Source: an uncultured bacterium (GTDB lineage: Bacteria > Schekmanbacteria > GWA2-38-11 > J061). From it: 12,063 bases of DNA. Both the position numbers and the translations under genes were made by a program. This document shows, piece after piece, positions 9,973 to 12,063 of the stretch. The stretch's first letter is position 1; the number at the start of each line of letters is the position of its first letter. The notes beneath the pieces are model-generated. The model worked only from the letters and a program-made list of their open reading frames with translations, was not told the DNA's origin and ran no database searches. The DNA lies in NCBI GenBank assembly GCA_964549305.1, contig CAZJVM010000076.1, positions 1 through 12,063 of the forward strand. The letters run 5' to 3'.

Positions 9973-10617
9973 ATGCTTTTCAGAACTTCAAAGCACTTTG
10001 TATTACTGATTGTCAATATTTCTATATTTCTTTTTCCCTTAACGGGGAAAGGGGAAATATACAAGGTTGTAAATGCCGACGGCACAGTGCATCTTACCGA
10101 TGCGCCCTTTAAAAGAAGCATTGGCAGGAGCGGATTGAACATTTCCGAAAATAGTAAGTTGATTGAAGCAAGAGAGAAGAAATATTCGGGAATCATCGGT
10201 GATATTTCTTCAAAATACGGTATTGACAGCAAGTTTTTATCAAGCGTAATAAAGTTTGAATCGGGATTTAATCCCGTGGCGGTTTCCGAAAAAGGGGCAG
10301 CAGGGCTGATGCAGTTGATGCCCGAAACGGCAGAAAGGTTCGGAGTCGGCGACAGGTTTGATCCCAGAGAAAATATTGAGGGAGGAACGGCTTATATCAG
10401 CTATCTGATGACTCTTTACAACAGTAATCTCGAGCTGGTGCTTGCTGCCTACAATGCGGGGGAAAAGGCCGTCGATAAGCATAAAGGGGTTCCTCCCTAT
10501 GTTGAAACGAGAAATTTCGTGAGACGCGTTCTTAACCAGTATCGCGGTGACAAGGGAGAAAAGGCGTTCATTGTGAAAAAAAGCGATGGAACAATTTTAA
10601 TAACCAACAGAGACTGA
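9973..10617 (+). CDS. Exported lytic transglycosylase (SLT domain) with DUF4124-like N-terminal hairpin, about 214 aa
   Basis: Signal-peptide-like MLFRTSKHFVLLIVNISIFLFPLTGKG, then EIYKVVNADGTVHLTDAP. SLT motifs are VIKFESGFNPVAVS (catalytic Glu), GAAGLMQLMPETA, LAAYNAG and ETRNFV. The track's start at 9781 overlaps ppc, so the real start is ATG 9973 (or 9967). Confidence 0.92.
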   Translation: MLFRTSKHFVLLIVNISIFLFPLTGKGEIYKVVNADGTVHLTDAPFKRSIGRSGLNISENSKLIEAREKKYSGIIGDISSKYGIDSKFLSSVIKFESGFNPVAVSEKGAAGLMQLMPETAERFGVGDRFDPRENIEGGTAYISYLMTLYNSNLELVLAAYNAGEKAVDKHKGVPPYVETRNFVRRVLNQYRGDKGEKAFIVKKSDGTILITNRD

Positions 10618-10662
10618 ATTTTTACAGGTAATCAATGTTGAAGGAATAGGGGGGACAATAAA

Positions 10663-11052
10663 GTGGGTGATAAAAAAAGAATATTAATTGCAAAACCGGG
10701 ACTTGACGGACACGACCGCGGTGCGAAGATTATTGCCCGCGCTCTCAGAGACGCGGGATACGAGATTATCTATACGGGACTTCATCAGACTCCTGAACAG
10801 ATTGTTGCCGCGGCAATGCAGGAAGATGTCAATGCCATCGGTATAAGCATACTTTCCGGTTCGCACGATTTTCAGTTCAAAAAAATAATGGAACTTCTCA
10901 AGGAAAAGAAGATTGATGATATCGTCGTATTCGGCGGAGGCATCATTCCCGATGACGATATTCCCGCGCTTAAAGGATACGGAGTTGCCGAAGTATTCAC
11001 TCCGGGTACATCAACGCAGGATGTGATTAAATTCGTAGAGGAAAGGCTGTAG
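10663..11052 (+). CDS. Cobalamin-binding small subunit of a split acyl-CoA mutase (methylmalonyl-CoA mutase C-terminal domain / IcmB-like), 129 aa
   Basis: [11 protein letters not shown] (DxHxxG base-off/His-on motif), SILSGSH, GGIIP and FTPGT. GTG start after a G-rich Shine-Dalgarno sequence. Confidence 0.95.
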   Translation: MGDKKRILIAKPGLDGHDRGAKIIARALRDAGYEIIYTGLHQTPEQIVAAAMQEDVNAIGISILSGSHDFQFKKIMELLKEKKIDDIVVFGGGIIPDDDIPALKGYGVAEVFTPGTSTQDVIKFVEERL

Positions 11053-11054
11053 CT

Positions 11055-11996
11055 GTGGATTTGGCTGACAAAGCCCTGAAAGGGGATATAAGGTCTCTTG
11101 CCAAGATTCTTACTGCAATCGAGAATGAAGAGGAGGGATGGACAGACTTTATCAAGAAGCTTTATCCCTATTCGGGCAAGGCGTATGTTGTGGGAATTAC
11201 GGGCATACCGGGAGCGGGAAAATCCACAATCACGGACAAGCTTATTAAATTCCTGAGAAAAAACGGACAAAGCGTAAGTGTTGTCGCGGTGGACCCTTCA
11301 AGCCCCTTTTCGGGAGGCGCCATACTCGCCGACAGAATCAGAATGAGCGAGCATTTCGTCGACGACAAAGTTTTCATAAGAAGCATGGCGACGAGAGGTG
11401 CTTTGGGGGGACTTTCAAAAAAAACTCTCGATGTGGCAGGTACTCTCGATGCCTGCGGATTTCAGTGGATAATCATTGAAACGGTGGGAGTAGGGCAGGA
11501 TGAGGTGGATGTGGCAAAGGTTGCTGACACAACGGTTGTAGTTTTCGCGCCGGGTACGGGCGATGAAATGCAGGCGATGAAAGCGGGAATTATGGAAATA
11601 GGCGACATCTTTGTGGTGAATAAGGCGGACAGTGATGGCACGGAAAAGCTTTTAACCGAACTGAACGCGATTCTTGAAATGAATTTCCTGGAGAAGGAAG
11701 ACGATTGGAAAGTTCCAGTTATGCGCACTGTGGGCATAAGCGGCGAAGGCATAGAAGAGCTCATCAAAAAAATAGAAGAACACCGGGGAGTTTTGGAGGA
11801 CAAACAGAGCAAAAAGCTTGAAAAATTGATTCAGAGAAACAAAAATGAGATAATTAACATTATAAGGGATAAAATTTTTAACGACATACTTCTCAAATCG
11901 TCAAACGGGGATTTGACGGAATTAGCAAAAAAAGTCGCCCAAAAGGAAATTGATGCCTATACTGCAGCAGAAACCTTTATGAAGAATACCTTCTGA
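11055..11996 (+). CDS. meaB: MeaB/ArgK-family G3E GTPase, chaperone of B12-dependent acyl-CoA mutase, 313 aa
   Basis: Walker A GITGIPGAGKST, AVDPSSPFSGGAIL.DRIRM, FIRSMATRGALGGLS, IETVGVGQ, GDEMQAMKAGIMEI and NKAD. It starts 2 nt after the stop of the B12-binding gene, which suggests translational coupling. Confidence 0.96.
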   Translation: MDLADKALKGDIRSLAKILTAIENEEEGWTDFIKKLYPYSGKAYVVGITGIPGAGKSTITDKLIKFLRKNGQSVSVVAVDPSSPFSGGAILADRIRMSEHFVDDKVFIRSMATRGALGGLSKKTLDVAGTLDACGFQWIIIETVGVGQDEVDVAKVADTTVVVFAPGTGDEMQAMKAGIMEIGDIFVVNKADSDGTEKLLTELNAILEMNFLEKEDDWKVPVMRTVGISGEGIEELIKKIEEHRGVLEDKQSKKLEKLIQRNKNEIINIIRDKIFNDILLKSSNGDLTELAKKVAQKEIDAYTAAETFMKNTF

Positions 11997-12013
11997 TTTA
12001 AGGAGAAGACAAA

Positions 12014-12063
12014 ATGGCAAAAGATTCTTCTGAAACAAGGATTTCTAAAGAAGTAAGAACAAA
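12014..12063 (+). CDS. 5' end of the next gene (MAKDSSETRISKEVRT...), product not identifiable
   Basis: Strong Shine-Dalgarno TAAGGAG (11999-12005), ATG at 12014, and an open frame to the window edge. Confidence 0.7.
   Translation, partial: MAKDSSETRISKEVRT

Noticed and set aside
10618..10662. Cobalamin riboswitch upstream of the B12-binding gene
   Set aside because: The spacer is only 45 nt and has no B12-box-like sequence.
9930..11812. Antisense ORFs over slt, the B12-binding gene and meaB
   Set aside because: These are shadow ORFs without independent evidence.

Overview
This is a gene-dense bacterial chromosomal window of moderate GC with a housekeeping and central-metabolism character. 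From left to right it holds the 5' part of tRNA-Glu(CTC) (minus strand, cut by the window edge), an RluD-like pseudouridine synthase (-), a Zn-dependent MDR dehydrogenase (+), a second, divergent S4+RluA-family pseudouridine synthase (-) and an EamA/DMT transporter (-). A long plus-strand run follows: DUF763 protein, enolase, FmdB-type zinc-ribbon protein, PEP carboxylase, a secreted DUF4124-like+SLT lytic transglycosylase, the stand-alone B12-binding subunit of an acyl-CoA (methylmalonyl-CoA-type) mutase, the MeaB GTPase, and the first codons of another gene. I see no mobile element, CRISPR array, defence system or riboswitch, and I cannot support a claim of a clearly new system. The best leads are the unusual DUF763-eno-zinc ribbon-ppc-mutase/meaB neighbourhood, a recurrent intergenic TTAC-N2-GTAA palindrome, several apparently leaderless genes, a symmetric bidirectional -10 element and a hairpin covering the ppc ribosome-binding site.
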